Positions 53,360-63,673 of a stretch of 64,000 bases of DNA are shown piece after piece. The DNA lies in IMG/VR virus record IMGVR_UViG_3300017769_000001, positions 32,001 to 96,000 of that record. One strand, given 5' to 3'. Each line of letters opens with the position of its first letter. The first letter of the stretch is position 1. The DNA comes from a virus. The position numbers were made by a program, and so were the translations under genes. The notes beneath the pieces are model-generated. The model did not search any database and was not told the origin of the DNA. It worked only from the letters and a program-made list of their open reading frames with translations.

Positions 53360-54238
53360 TTAGTTCAGAAATTTAGCATTAAACAGCTTTGTGTACTTTC
53401 CGCTCATACAACCTTCAATCATCTTCATCAGATTATGGTCTCTGGCGTACTTCATTACAGCTCCCTGATTGTACTTACCCGGAATGTAAGAGGAAATCGA
53501 ATTTGAGATCGCATCGCGTACATACTGAGGTTGTTTCGACAGATCGATCAGTAACCGATTCTCAGCGTACCGATCCCCAACCTTGGTTCCATCCTTGTTG
53601 ATGGTCTCCATCAGGTTCAGCCAAGATAGAGAATCACCATAGAATGCTTCCTCCAGCTTGGTCTTCCACACTTTCGGGTATGCGGAATAGATGTTGTCAG
53701 AAGGATCACCGCGAATGCATTTCAGGAATAACTCAAACTCTGCATCGTCACAGGTTCTTTCTACGTTCTGCTGTGGAGAGAACAAAGTAACGCCGTCGAA
53801 TCTGAGAAGCTGAACAAAGTCTTTGTCTGAAGAAATGATGACGACTTCTGTGTCAGGGTCTTTCTCTTGACAGACCATAGCAATGACGTCATCTGCTTCG
53901 GCGTGTTTTACCGACATCGCATAAATTGACGTATGGGTTTCAAGAAACTCTCGCAACATGACAATCGCTTCTTGAACATCCTCATAGTAGATGTCATCAA
54001 TTTCCTTGTTCTTGTAGTCAGAGTAAACCTTCTTCCGCCAGTTTCCCTTCCCTTCGAACGCACACATAACCCCAGTACACTGATACTTCTTGAACATCGC
54101 ATTCATTTCATCAATGAATCTGATGAACAGAATCTGAGGAACATATGCCTCTTTCTTCCGCTTGTTCAGTTTCAGGATATGTCGGGTTTTCCAGAGGACG
54201 TTATTGACGTCCATAACCAGATTACGCTTCGTCGTCAT
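53360..54238 (-). CDS. rnh: RNase H / 5'-3' flap exonuclease (T4 rnh-like)
   Basis: WRK..Y.DYK, EADD, SSDKDF.QL, GD.SDNI, N..LIDL. Confidence 0.9.
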   Translation of the reverse strand: MTTKRNLVMDVNNVLWKTRHILKLNKRKKEAYVPQILFIRFIDEMNAMFKKYQCTGVMCAFEGKGNWRKKVYSDYKNKEIDDIYYEDVQEAIVMLREFLETHTSIYAMSVKHAEADDVIAMVCQEKDPDTEVVIISSDKDFVQLLRFDGVTLFSPQQNVERTCDDAEFELFLKCIRGDPSDNIYSAYPKVWKTKLEEAFYGDSLSWLNLMETINKDGTKVGDRYAENRLLIDLSKQPQYVRDAISNSISSYIPGKYNQGAVMKYARDHNLMKMIEGCMSGKYTKLFNAKFLN

Positions 54239-54683
54239 CGCCAGAGCCCTCCATAGCAACACCATCACGTAATGCTTCTTCGAACGTGAATACGAGTTGC
54301 TCCATCCCTTCATTAGCAACAAGCAGTGCCGCGAGGTTGATTGCAAACTCGTTGTCGCGCTTGTTAAATGGAAGGTAACCGTGCTCTACCAGCTTATTGA
54401 CCGTCGAAGACTTCACTTTCGTAACTGGCGTGATGCTGGACAGATCGTCGGAGATCTTCAGAGTGATAGATGTCGACTCTTGGTCTTTCAAGAGATTAGA
54501 CTCCAGCTCTTCGGATTTTTTAATTGCGGAGAGCATATCAGATCTGATAGATTCAACCGCTTCCATGAGTTCTTCGATCTTCTCGTTAGCTTCTACGTTT
54601 TTCTCAAGAAGTTCGGTGCACTCTTGGTCGAGTAATTCATATTTCCTATGAAGTTCCTCATATGTCCGTTTACGTACGAACAT
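54222..54683 (-). CDS. Hypothetical coiled-coil protein
   Basis: GGAGG RBS before MFVRK. Confidence 0.7.
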   Translation of the reverse strand: MFVRKRTYEELHRKYELLDQECTELLEKNVEANEKIEELMEAVESIRSDMLSAIKKSEELESNLLKDQESTSITLKISDDLSSITPVTKVKSSTVNKLVEHGYLPFNKRDNEFAINLAALLVANEGMEQLVFTFEEALRDGVAMEGSGDDDEA

Positions 54684-54747
54684 AACAATGCCTCCAATGT
54701 TATGAAGGTATTTAATCACTTATCATGGCGGCTGTCAATCAGGCAAT

Positions 54748-54774
54748 AAAAAACCCCGCCGAAGCGAGGTTTTT
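54748..54774 (-). terminator. Terminator after the major capsid gene
   Basis: ACCTCGC-TTCG-GCGGGGT followed by a T run. Confidence 0.85.
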
Positions 54775-54791
54775 CATCAGTTCCGTATCCG

Positions 54792-56021
54792 TTACGGAGT
54801 AACTGCGTTGCTGAAGCCAAGCTCCAGATTTGCGATTGTAGCACGAGCCAGATGGTCGGCAGAATCGGCAAGATCGGTAGCCGGATCTTCGAAAGCAGTC
54901 AGGGCGTAGCGAGTACGCAGACCCATACCCTTGTCCAGAGTCTCTGGGTTCACAACGATACCAGAGCTTGACAGTGGGATGTAGCTGCTGTAGATCAGCG
55001 GTGCGTCAACTTCAGAGCCTTTACGACCCATGATCACCTGATCACCTTCCATGTGCACGTCAACGTAAACGCTGATATTGCCATCGAAAGTACCTACGTA
55101 CAGGGTTTCAGAAGCGCGGAACGCGTTTGCTTCAGCCGGTACGAAAGTGCTGTTAGAAGCGTTTTTCAGACCAGTCAGAACGCGAGGGGAAACAACCATC
55201 CAAGTTGCACCTGAACGCTTAGTCGCCAGAGCGATGTCAGAAGACATGTCGCTGAACGCGATAGTCATTGCAGACAGTTTCTCACCAGCGTAACGACCGT
55301 CGACGTTAGCGAAGTCCAGAGTACGGACAGAACCAGCCAGACGAGACAGTTCACCGATCAGTTCGCGATCCAGTTCACGACGGATTTCGTCGGACAGAGT
55401 TGCGATCAGTTCGTTTTCCATGCTCAGACCGTCAAGGTTTTGCAGGTCATCGTCAGATTCCAGAGACCAGCGAGCAGACAGCTTGCGGCTCTTGGTTTCG
55501 ACTTGCTTCATGGTCACGTCGAGGCTCATCGGCTTACCACGGTTGCCTTCCAGATATTGAGTCTGAGCAAACGGATCCATGGCGTCGGTTGCGTTATAAT
55601 CGGCTTCGCCGTTCTGAAGCAGTGAGTACTTCTCGTACAGGTTCTGCGCAGATGCTTCGTCGCCAGCTGTTACACTTCCGTTAGTCAGTGCGTCTTCGCT
55701 GTAACGCTTACGCAGGGTACGAATTACACCGCGAGGGCCGGGGATGGTTTGAACACCAACCAGATCCATAGCCAGCAGGTTCGGCATAGTACGACGAATC
55801 AGCGGCATGAAGATTTGGTCATAGCGAGTGATGTCGCCGGTTACTGTTGATCCAGTAGCAGTAGATTCGAAAATCTTTTCCTGCTCCTGCTTACCACTTC
55901 CGCTGATGTTAACAGCGTGGGTGTTGTCCATGAACTTTTCGATCAGCTCACGACGAGATCCTTTCAGACCGTCGAGAAGGCTCTCTTTCAGTTCACTGTA
56001 TTGCATGTTTTCGGTAGTCAT
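54792..56021 (-). CDS. 23: Major capsid protein (gp23-like)
   Basis: LIRR.MP.L.A.DLVGVQ...GP.G, SRKL.A.WS.E...DL, EI..E.DRE, TRYAL. Confidence 0.95.
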   Translation of the reverse strand: MTTENMQYSELKESLLDGLKGSRRELIEKFMDNTHAVNISGSGKQEQEKIFESTATGSTVTGDITRYDQIFMPLIRRTMPNLLAMDLVGVQTIPGPRGVIRTLRKRYSEDALTNGSVTAGDEASAQNLYEKYSLLQNGEADYNATDAMDPFAQTQYLEGNRGKPMSLDVTMKQVETKSRKLSARWSLESDDDLQNLDGLSMENELIATLSDEIRRELDRELIGELSRLAGSVRTLDFANVDGRYAGEKLSAMTIAFSDMSSDIALATKRSGATWMVVSPRVLTGLKNASNSTFVPAEANAFRASETLYVGTFDGNISVYVDVHMEGDQVIMGRKGSEVDAPLIYSSYIPLSSSGIVVNPETLDKGMGLRTRYALTAFEDPATDLADSADHLARATIANLELGFSNAVTP

Positions 56022-56071
56022 TTGACAAACTCCTGATTTCTTTCCTGTTATTTATGCTTGAAAAATTTTTA

Positions 56072-56914
56072 TCAATCTTCGACGCCAGCTAGACGACGAG
56101 CATGTTTCAGCCAAGCTTTGGTATTTGGCTTTGCATCGCCATCCTGATCCTGATTTTCAATAACGACGGTTCCTTTCGGAGTTTTGTCGTCGACATTTTC
56201 ATTCAGGTTGTCCTTATCTTTGCCTTCGCCGTCACCTTCGTCGTCGCCGGATCCTTCGCCTTCACTCAGAACGACACTTTTAGCCAGTTCTTCGTATCGT
56301 GATTCCAGCTTATCCAGAGCAACGCCTTCCAGAAGAGTTGCCATGATTGCACGCTTACGGCCAGTCAGACCTTCCAGCAGTTCATTGGTTTTCTTCTCGA
56401 CGCGAAGTGTTTGCAGCTCATTGGTTGCTTCTTCCAGCTTGGCAGTCAGTTCTTCTGACTTGTCGTCTTCAGCTTTAACAAGACTTGCATATGAAGTCTG
56501 GAAAGCTTCAAACATTCGCTGACCAACCAGATTCTTGCGAGATTCTTCCAGAGACTCTTTCAGCTCTCCGAGTTCTTCCGCAATGATGGCATCGACAGAT
56601 TCTTTGATCTCTGCGTCTTTCTTCTGAGCGTACTGCTCTTTGAATTCTTCAAGCTTGGATGCGTAGCGAACATCAAGAGTGCGTGCCTCTACGATTTCGT
56701 CTTGCAGAGCTTTGAATTCTTCGGTAACTGCTTCTTCGATCATTTCGACCGCAGATTGAGCCAGTTCTTTCTTGCTGTTTTCGAATTTCTCAGCAAGTTC
56801 GACTTCACGAGCAGCAACCTTTTCGTTTACTTGTGATTCGAAAGCTTCTTGCAGTTTGGTTTTAACCTCATCTGTAAGAACAGAGCTTTCAAGGATCTCT
56901 TTCAGTTCGTTCAT
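56072..56914 (-). CDS. 22: Prohead scaffolding protein (gp22-like)
   Basis: Acidic coiled coil between protease and capsid genes, many LxE sites. Confidence 0.85.
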   Translation of the reverse strand: MNELKEILESSVLTDEVKTKLQEAFESQVNEKVAAREVELAEKFENSKKELAQSAVEMIEEAVTEEFKALQDEIVEARTLDVRYASKLEEFKEQYAQKKDAEIKESVDAIIAEELGELKESLEESRKNLVGQRMFEAFQTSYASLVKAEDDKSEELTAKLEEATNELQTLRVEKKTNELLEGLTGRKRAIMATLLEGVALDKLESRYEELAKSVVLSEGEGSGDDEGDGEGKDKDNLNENVDDKTPKGTVVIENQDQDGDAKPNTKAWLKHARRLAGVED

Positions 56915-56970
56915 TTCATTTCTCCTGAAATCTTTAACGATAGTTTGAATTTATTTAGGCTCTGCATCAC

Positions 56971-57588
56971 TTAGCGCAGATTCATTGCCTTGATGAATTT
57001 GCACATTTCTTCAAGAAAGTACTTCTGGGCAGCTGCGTCGTAAATTACCGCTTCCGCCAAGTCATTCACGATCTCGCCGCGCTTATAAGCTTCAAGGGAT
57101 TCCATGATGCTTTCGGGATACGCGTTCTGAGCAGAAGGCATCGCAACGGCATCAATAGTCACCAGATGAAAGTTGGAAACGCCGCCAGACTCATTCAGTT
57201 GACCCTTACCACGTGAAGAAACCCCAACACGAACACCAGAGTCGACAAGACCTTTCAGGATTGACCCGGCTTGTGTCTTCTCAAGAATTTCGGCAGTTCC
57301 GATTACTTGGTTGCCCTGCATCTTCAGCTCGGTGATTTTGTGTGAAACGTTCTTCAGGGAAACATCGAGACGGCCACTCGGGTGGTCAAGTTCGCCAAGC
57401 ATGTGATTGCCTTGGGCAAACATTGCGTTATGGCGGTCGACTTCTTTCTGCATTTCTTCCAGAAGGTAAGTTCTGCCGTTTCGGTTTTTCTTCTCGGCTT
57501 CCATGAAGACACCTTTCAGGTAGAGTTTCTTGCCATCTTGGGCAGATTCTGTGATAATGCCTTCTAAGTTTTGTTCGGTGAGAATCAT
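56971..57588 (-). CDS. 21: Prohead protease (gp21-like)
   Basis: NRNGR.Y, LGELDHP, VSH.I, GVSSRG.G, D.V..PSA..A. Confidence 0.95.
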   Translation of the reverse strand: MILTEQNLEGIITESAQDGKKLYLKGVFMEAEKKNRNGRTYLLEEMQKEVDRHNAMFAQGNHMLGELDHPSGRLDVSLKNVSHKITELKMQGNQVIGTAEILEKTQAGSILKGLVDSGVRVGVSSRGKGQLNESGGVSNFHLVTIDAVAMPSAQNAYPESIMESLEAYKRGEIVNDLAEAVIYDAAAQKYFLEEMCKFIKAMNLR

Positions 57589-57806
57589 TTGACGATCTCC
57601 TTCATCTGTCCGGACTCGGTGATCTCAAACCGAACATCAGTTCCGGGTTTTTTCGCAATCGGATTGTCGGATTCACCTTCAGTGATTTCCCAATCCATAG
57701 AAGCAAGGTCTTTAACAACTCGCTTCTGTTCTTTTGTCATCTTTAGAGAGCGGATCTCGCTTTCTACGAGTGTGATAAATGACATCATGAATTCCTTCAA
57801 TATCAA
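57585..57806 (-). CDS. Small head-module protein
   Basis: TAAATA promoter, ATGA coupling to gp21. Confidence 0.6.
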   Translation of the reverse strand: MILKEFMMSFITLVESEIRSLKMTKEQKRVVKDLASMDWEITEGESDNPIAKKPGTDVRFEITESGQMKEIVK

Positions 57807-57823
57807 TGACCTTATTTAGAAAT

Positions 57824-57847
57824 AAAAAAGCCCCTACTTGAGGGGCA
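57824..57847 (-). terminator. Intrinsic terminator
   Basis: GCCCCT-CAAGT-AGGGGC followed by T6. Confidence 0.8.
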
Positions 57848-57870
57848 AGGAGATGTACACGACTATGAAA

Positions 57871-58323
57871 TTACATCTCAACGAGGTTTCCTTGCGGATC
57901 TACCGTGTAATCAGTCTCATCGCCGTTGTTCTTCTTGACGATCATGTATTCGTATTGACGTGACTTTGCGAGCTTCTTCAGATCAGACATCCGGTTGATC
58001 GTGAATTCATCGACGCCTCTTTTAGGCCCACCAGTTCTCGTAGCGGTAACCTTGATGGCTTCTTCGAGAGCATCGCGATTTCCTTCTTCGGACTCACTGA
58101 CTTCTTCTTCATTGACATTGTCTTCGTCGTCCTTGTCTTCGTCGTCCTTGTCTTCGTCGTCCTTGTCTTCGTCGTCCTTGTCTTCGTCGTCCTCGTCAGT
58201 ACCATACTTTTCTTCGATGGCAGCTTTAGCAGCTTCCTGAATCTTCTGACGGATCGCTTCCCGAAGGGCCGTAACTCCGTCTTCCTTGCTCATACCTTCA
58301 TCAAAAATTTTTTCAATGCTCAT
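57871..58323 (-). CDS. Acidic prohead core protein (gp67-like position)
   Basis: After portal; DDEDK repeats; xxE sites. Confidence 0.65.
   Translation of the reverse strand: MSIEKIFDEGMSKEDGVTALREAIRQKIQEAAKAAIEEKYGTDEDDEDKDDEDKDDEDKDDEDKDDEDNVNEEEVSESEEGNRDALEEAIKVTATRTGGPKRGVDEFTINRMSDLKKLAKSRQYEYMIVKKNNGDETDYTVDPQGNLVEM
58118..58192 (-). repeat. 5 x 15-bp perfect coding tandem repeat (DDEDK units)
   Basis: TTGTCTTCGTCGTCC x5 on +. Confidence 0.95.
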
Positions 58324-58350
58324 AGAATTTCTCCAAGCGTTTTGTTCTAT

Positions 58351-59895
58351 TTACCACCCGCGACCAAGACCACCTTCTTCAGCTTGTGGTAGCCCATACT
58401 CAGAACCAAGCCTACCGTCGCCATAAACGATGTTGGCAATTGCCTCTTGTGGCATTTCTGCGATCTGTTCTTCAGTCAAACCCTTCTCCATCAGAATCAT
58501 GACTTCGTTGTCAACCATTTCTTCTTTCGACAGGTTTAGATATTTGGTCAAAGCCAGTTGTTTTGAAATAGTCTTAGCCTGCATTGTGCTCTGGAACAGG
58601 TTAAGGAGACTCTGATACGTCTCAATGTTCTTGTACAGCGCAAAATTATGTGATGGGGTGATTCGAAGTTGCATTTCTTCCGGTACTTCGATATCACGTT
58701 CCTCGCAGAACCATTTGAAATGTTTCTCAAATTCACACTCAACACGACGCTTGTCTCTGTTTACAAATCCAAGATAACGCATCTCTACTTGGTAAACCTG
58801 ACCAACTCGCATATCAGAATACGTATCTCTGTCGTTCCCTTCGTTCTGAGTATCAGTCATCGAAGGCGGAACGCGCATCGCTGCTGCAAGTTTCCTTGCA
58901 AGGTACGTCATATCATTGAGGTCGCCAGAACTCGGGCTTCCCTGTACACTCTCAATTCGAGAACTTCTTCCCTGTGACGTAACCGGGAGGTAGAAATCCT
59001 CTGTCATCGAATGGGGATCGAACTCAGTGTTGACATCACCATCTTTCTTGACGATGGCTTTTTGTTTCATCTGCAAACGGTATTTGTCAATTACTTCTTT
59101 GTGCTTCTTCGGAGGAAGACGCCCAACATCAATGTAGAATACCCTGCGATCAATACTTCTGGTGAATCGGTGGATGACCACGGCGGTTTCGAGAAGATCG
59201 AGTTTTCTCCATATTGGGTATGCACGTTCAAGCAGAGATTCCCCAAAAGGAGTATTACCTCGTTTCACAACAACCATATCTTCAACAGAAATGTGATCTA
59301 TTGAACGTTTCTGGTTGGAGTGGTTAATCGTTTCGATTTTCCGGAACGTTTCTTTGATATTGAGAAACGGGGCATTCCAATCCACGAGATAGTGAGTTAC
59401 GATGTTGTCGTCGTCCGGAGAGAGAACGTACCCGACCAATTTCTCAGGAGAAATCTTCTTCAAAGACCCATCTGGCTTCTTGACGAAAAATATACCACCA
59501 TACTTTTCAAGCTCCCGAGAATAGTCGAAAAGCTTGATCTCTAGGTTGTTCCTACCGAACCACGTATCCATCAAGTAGTTCAAAGACTTGATGTGGGTTT
59601 TTCTCAGCTTGCTGTCATCCGGGAATTCCAGAATCATGATAGGCTCGTCGTCGGCATTGCAGCTACTGATATCTTCAGCAATAATGTCCAACGCCCGAGA
59701 AACTTCGACAGACTGTCGATCCATAATGTCAAGCTTGGTTAGAATGCTTCTGCGGTCTCCTTCGAGGGATACATAGTTGTTATACCAGCTAAGACCCTCC
59801 CCCTTTGTAGATTCCGGAGCAGTGTTGTGGGTGGCATTGGCACCTAAGCGGACAGTACTCCACTGGTGTTCATAAAGCTTTTGCTCTGTTGCCAT
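58351..59895 (-). CDS. 20: Portal protein (gp20-like)
   Basis: S.LE.A, LETAVVI.R..R...RRVFYIDVG.LP, SM.EDFYLP, RVP.S. Confidence 0.95.
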   Translation of the reverse strand: MATEQKLYEHQWSTVRLGANATHNTAPESTKGEGLSWYNNYVSLEGDRRSILTKLDIMDRQSVEVSRALDIIAEDISSCNADDEPIMILEFPDDSKLRKTHIKSLNYLMDTWFGRNNLEIKLFDYSRELEKYGGIFFVKKPDGSLKKISPEKLVGYVLSPDDDNIVTHYLVDWNAPFLNIKETFRKIETINHSNQKRSIDHISVEDMVVVKRGNTPFGESLLERAYPIWRKLDLLETAVVIHRFTRSIDRRVFYIDVGRLPPKKHKEVIDKYRLQMKQKAIVKKDGDVNTEFDPHSMTEDFYLPVTSQGRSSRIESVQGSPSSGDLNDMTYLARKLAAAMRVPPSMTDTQNEGNDRDTYSDMRVGQVYQVEMRYLGFVNRDKRRVECEFEKHFKWFCEERDIEVPEEMQLRITPSHNFALYKNIETYQSLLNLFQSTMQAKTISKQLALTKYLNLSKEEMVDNEVMILMEKGLTEEQIAEMPQEAIANIVYGDGRLGSEYGLPQAEEGGLGRGW

Positions 59896-59939
59896 TGTTA
59901 AACCTCTTTGATTCGTGCCATTATTTAGACCACCTACAG

Positions 59940-60446
59940 TCACATGAACTTCTTATAGTGATTTGACCACCGATTTGAAGTGGTTTTTGCTTTATCTTCC
60001 CACTCCATCAAAGGAACCAACTCGGATACCCGGATCAATGGTAGTTTGTAAAGACGGGTGGCTCCTGATACTTTTGGAACCGCTCTTTTGAGAGCGTGCC
60101 AATCTACCATGATAGGCAAACCGTCCCTTATCCGGTTCCTGTTAGACTCAAGAACATACCGGATGACGGCAATGCGATCACGGACTGGAATGTAGTGGAG
60201 ATTGCAGACGAGCACACAGTTGTAAATGGATACGTGCCTTAGAGTGATCGCCAATGGATTTGGATCATGCTCAAACCCGGCATAATACAGATCTGCCATC
60301 GCCCCAATGTACAACTCCTGTACTTTGGATGCTGCGTATGCAGGTGACGCATACATATCCGGATCTGTCCCAGCGCCAACGTTGAGAGTGTTGAATCCTC
60401 GATATGTTTGGAAGTATTCTTCGTCTGCTGGTTTTATTAGTGCCAT
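59940..60446 (-). CDS. 2: DNA end protector (gp2-like)
   Basis: D..PL, NLHYIP...R motifs. Confidence 0.7.
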   Translation of the reverse strand: MALIKPADEEYFQTYRGFNTLNVGAGTDPDMYASPAYAASKVQELYIGAMADLYYAGFEHDPNPLAITLRHVSIYNCVLVCNLHYIPVRDRIAVIRYVLESNRNRIRDGLPIMVDWHALKRAVPKVSGATRLYKLPLIRVSELVPLMEWEDKAKTTSNRWSNHYKKFM

Positions 60447-60565
60447 ACCTTAAACTCTTCAGTATGACTCTATTTAGAAGGGGTGCCGCCCACGGATGGT
60501 AAGTCCCGACGGCTCTTGTGATGATTGGGGTGAGGTGCGGAGAGAGCCACCACAAGCAAACTTAT

Positions 60566-61114
60566 TTACTCTTCTGGAACTTCGTCATAACCAAGCATAA
60601 TAGCATTAGTTTCCCGGTCGTCGTAAAGTCCCGATATATCGCCAGACGTCGTCAGATATGGAGCGTATCTGTTCAGATGGTAACTCAGATTTTCCAAGTC
60701 ATGATCACCTTCATAATGGTGTGCTATCACAAGATCAAATGAAGGATCGTGATCAACGGCTTCGTAGAGGTCTGCAATCATTTCGAAGTACTTCTCCATT
60801 GTCGGAGATTCATACTCGGCGATTAGACACCGCACACCGTCGACATCCTCAGAACGAAGTTTGAATCCAGAAAGGCGAACTGGCCCTTTGAATATCTTCA
60901 TCACTCCTTGTGGTTCATTTTCGTACACTTCGTCAACAACAGCAACAGGTACAGACAAATATTTGTCTTCTACAACTTCAGTAATCCCGTAATCTTCACA
61001 GAAGTTCCTGATAATCTCCTTGTCCTTCGTCTCCAAGTCCATCCCGTACACCAAGTACACTGGGAACGGGATTGCGTTCTCTTTCTCTGTATTTTTCACG
61101 AACTGTCTCCACAT
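60566..61114 (-). CDS. Acidic hypothetical protein
   Basis: 182-aa ORF. Confidence 0.65.
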   Translation of the reverse strand: MWRQFVKNTEKENAIPFPVYLVYGMDLETKDKEIIRNFCEDYGITEVVEDKYLSVPVAVVDEVYENEPQGVMKIFKGPVRLSGFKLRSEDVDGVRCLIAEYESPTMEKYFEMIADLYEAVDHDPSFDLVIAHHYEGDHDLENLSYHLNRYAPYLTTSGDISGLYDDRETNAIMLGYDEVPEE

Positions 61115-62721
61115 GATCGTCGCCGAGCCATAACTGGCGATACTTTTTCTGATATCCCTTTATTTACTGGGAGTGTTGTATCGGATGGTGATTGTTTTCG
61201 ACTACCAAGTTTCTTCCGCCCATTGGTGGATTTACGCTTGGATTCGCTGTTAACCGCAGTAATAAGCTCTCGAATGTTTCTGATCTCTTCGCGCTTAACA
61301 ACACCAGATCCGAGCCGGAACAAGGGAGTTCGCATCGCACCTTCACCATGCATTTCTCCGGTCTTTTCCATAAGCCCAAACTTGATGGCTGCTGCTTTCA
61401 TCTTGTTAACCGTTTCTGTGGACACTCCAGTCCATGCTGCTGCAAACTTCTGCGAGTAGCAGGTACAGACTTCCTCCGTAGACCAAGTGGATTTCAAGCC
61501 AACCAGATCCAAGAACCCCTGTGCGGCTTTCTTTTGCCCTTTCGTCATATGAGTTATTTCTGATTTCAGTTCTGGTCTCTCAAAGTCAATGACACCAGCT
61601 TCAGACATCAACTTCATAGTCCATACGACAAACTCGGTCGGAGAAGGCTTTCTGTAGTTCTTTCCGTACCGAACGTTCATAAAGATTCTTGTCAGGTTAT
61701 AGTCGATCTTCTCGTCTGAGTTATGGTCTGAGAAATCTCTGACAATGAGACCCCAACCACCACCTTCGCGTCTGACCCAGCGGGATGACATCGAAGGATT
61801 GTTGTCAGTGTGGCCGGGGAGTAGTGACCTGAACGGGCGACCAAACATTTCCCCGTTCTTCGGTAGCGCGACTCCAACGTAAGATGCCAGTCGCTTCTGA
61901 ACGTCTTTGTTGAACAGAATACTGTTGAACATCTTTCCAGTCATTTCTCCACGACCGATGAAGATTGGATCCCCGGTGTATGTGATGTCTTCATAGCCGT
62001 GATTGGCTCCAATACCCTCGTACACACGCGAAAGAGAAGCAGAGGTCTCTGCTTCGATTACAGCAGACACATCGTCACCGGGTTCTTCCGGGATCTCTTC
62101 GTTCTTCTTTGCTGTTGATTTTGAACGTTTCGGTGTTGTCTGTTCCCTGTACTGACTAAGGCTTTCGATTTCCCGGACACCAGTCAAATGATTTTTCAGT
62201 TCCGACGGCAGTTCCGGTAATTTGTTGTCTCGTATTTGAGAAATGAAAGAGTCTAGGGAACCGCGCTGCATGTAGCGATTCCCGTCAGGAAGTATTGCGT
62301 ACCCCCCAACACCCAGAGAATCTATGGCATAAATGAAACCAACTTTTCGAACTACCTCGTTGTCTGGCTTGAAGTAGTAATGATGACCGTTGTTTAACGT
62401 TGACGCCGTCGCCTTTGTCTGGCACGTGTACTCATGAATTTTCCCAAAAGAAGCAAATGCTTGTTGGCCTTTGCTCAAATCGACATCGATTACGCTAAAT
62501 TGTCCTTCACAAGGAGCACCAATGAGCGCGTCCGGATTCTTCTTCCACCATCGCTTGACAAGACCAACATCAGAAGATGCGTTCTTGAAACCGTTCTTCG
62601 TTAATGGACTCTTGTCGCTTGGCTTGCACGGAAAAATCTTGATCCCAGCTTTGGCGTATTTTACTGCTATGTCGATGTATGATTCACTCACCCCAGATAA
62701 CCATCCTTCGCATTGTTCCAA
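61096..62721 (-). CDS. Bifunctional primase-polymerase (Prim-Pol) domain protein with extended C-terminus
   Basis: IFPC...K.PL...GFK.AS, WW...P.A.IG, VIDVD, T...G.H.YF, GGYAILP. Confidence 0.8.
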   Translation of the reverse strand: MEQCEGWLSGVSESYIDIAVKYAKAGIKIFPCKPSDKSPLTKNGFKNASSDVGLVKRWWKKNPDALIGAPCEGQFSVIDVDLSKGQQAFASFGKIHEYTCQTKATASTLNNGHHYYFKPDNEVVRKVGFIYAIDSLGVGGYAILPDGNRYMQRGSLDSFISQIRDNKLPELPSELKNHLTGVREIESLSQYREQTTPKRSKSTAKKNEEIPEEPGDDVSAVIEAETSASLSRVYEGIGANHGYEDITYTGDPIFIGRGEMTGKMFNSILFNKDVQKRLASYVGVALPKNGEMFGRPFRSLLPGHTDNNPSMSSRWVRREGGGWGLIVRDFSDHNSDEKIDYNLTRIFMNVRYGKNYRKPSPTEFVVWTMKLMSEAGVIDFERPELKSEITHMTKGQKKAAQGFLDLVGLKSTWSTEEVCTCYSQKFAAAWTGVSTETVNKMKAAAIKFGLMEKTGEMHGEGAMRTPLFRLGSGVVKREEIRNIRELITAVNSESKRKSTNGRKKLGSRKQSPSDTTLPVNKGISEKVSPVMARRRSCGDSS

Positions 62722-62984
62722 GCCTGCTTGTCAGTAAGGTAATAAAGACAGTTCGTTGACAAAGAACTGCCCACTTTCTTACGAAGCCTGCTCACTTCTA
62801 CTCTGATTATTTCCCGCGCTTCATTCTTATCTTCATCACTCCCGAATCTATAATCGATTGAATGATAAAGATTAATGAGATCGATCATTTTAGCAGTAGC
62901 CTGACCTATGGTCAATTTGTTTGATGGCTTCTGTAATCGATCTCTCATCCTGTCAGGACGCATCGCACAACCCTCTAAGTACAA
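62688..62984 (-). CDS. Hypothetical protein
   Basis: Operon packing. Confidence 0.55.
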   Translation of the reverse strand: MYLEGCAMRPDRMRDRLQKPSNKLTIGQATAKMIDLINLYHSIDYRFGSDEDKNEAREIIRVEVSRLRKKVGSSLSTNCLYYLTDKQAWNNAKDGYLG

Positions 62985-63630
62985 ATCCGTACTGACTCAA
63001 CCAATATGCGTCAGTGAGGTCATACCGGCCTTTCGTCTTAGGTATCTTCGAGAACTGATCCTTTACTGTCTTGGGGAGTGCGTCGAACATTTCATCTTTC
63101 GTCGCTTTTCCGGATCCAGTTGCAAACTTCTTCACGGTTGTTGGCGTTGCGATATCAACGAACGAGTCTTCAAATTTCACAGTAAACTCATCGTTGATCG
63201 CGTTTTTGAAACCATCAATCAGAAGGAACTGAAGCCCCGCCAATGATCTTGCCGCGTCTCCGGTTGCGCCAAATCCCAATCCTTCCATACAGACGTGCAA
63301 TGGTGCATTTTCCGACATAGTTAGAGCGTTGGTCTTCAAATACAGATTCGTCATGACGTTCCTAACGGCAGCTGCCATGTAATACTGCTGCATCGGTTTG
63401 TTCTGTTTAAGCCACTCTTCCCCACCACCAACAAGAACATCAAGAGCAGGATGGAGGACAGGTATATCTCTCTTTTTGTTATTCGGATCTGATGCTGGGC
63501 TTACTTGCACAAGGTCATATGCAATCAGGTTGCCGTCCACATCGGTGATACACCATCCAGTACTTGCAAGTGATTGATCGACCCCGATTATTAACGGCTT
63601 TTCATGTCTTACTTGATTGCAAGAATTCAT
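62953..63630 (-). CDS. RuvC-like Holliday junction resolvase
   Basis: IGVDQSL..TG, MEG..FG, P..VKKFATG.GKA.K..M, D..DAY. Confidence 0.85.
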   Translation of the reverse strand: MNSCNQVRHEKPLIIGVDQSLASTGWCITDVDGNLIAYDLVQVSPASDPNNKKRDIPVLHPALDVLVGGGEEWLKQNKPMQQYYMAAAVRNVMTNLYLKTNALTMSENAPLHVCMEGLGFGATGDAARSLAGLQFLLIDGFKNAINDEFTVKFEDSFVDIATPTTVKKFATGSGKATKDEMFDALPKTVKDQFSKIPKTKGRYDLTDAYWLSQYGFVLRGLCDAS

Positions 63631-63673
63631 AATTTACTCTCTCCATAAATATAAGGGATTGGAGACTGTATTT

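Noticed and set aside
58118-58192. 15-bp repeat as a regulatory or mobile element
   Set aside because: In-frame acidic low-complexity tract, typical of prohead core proteins
2186-63246. Long antisense ORFs such as 3018..3902, 38366..39292 and 41594..42301
   Set aside because: Shadow frames of well-supported genes on the opposite strand
62953-63630. RuvC as an RNA-guided nuclease (TnpB or Tas)
   Set aside because: Compact resolvase motifs only; no zinc finger, Nop domain or adjacent guide array
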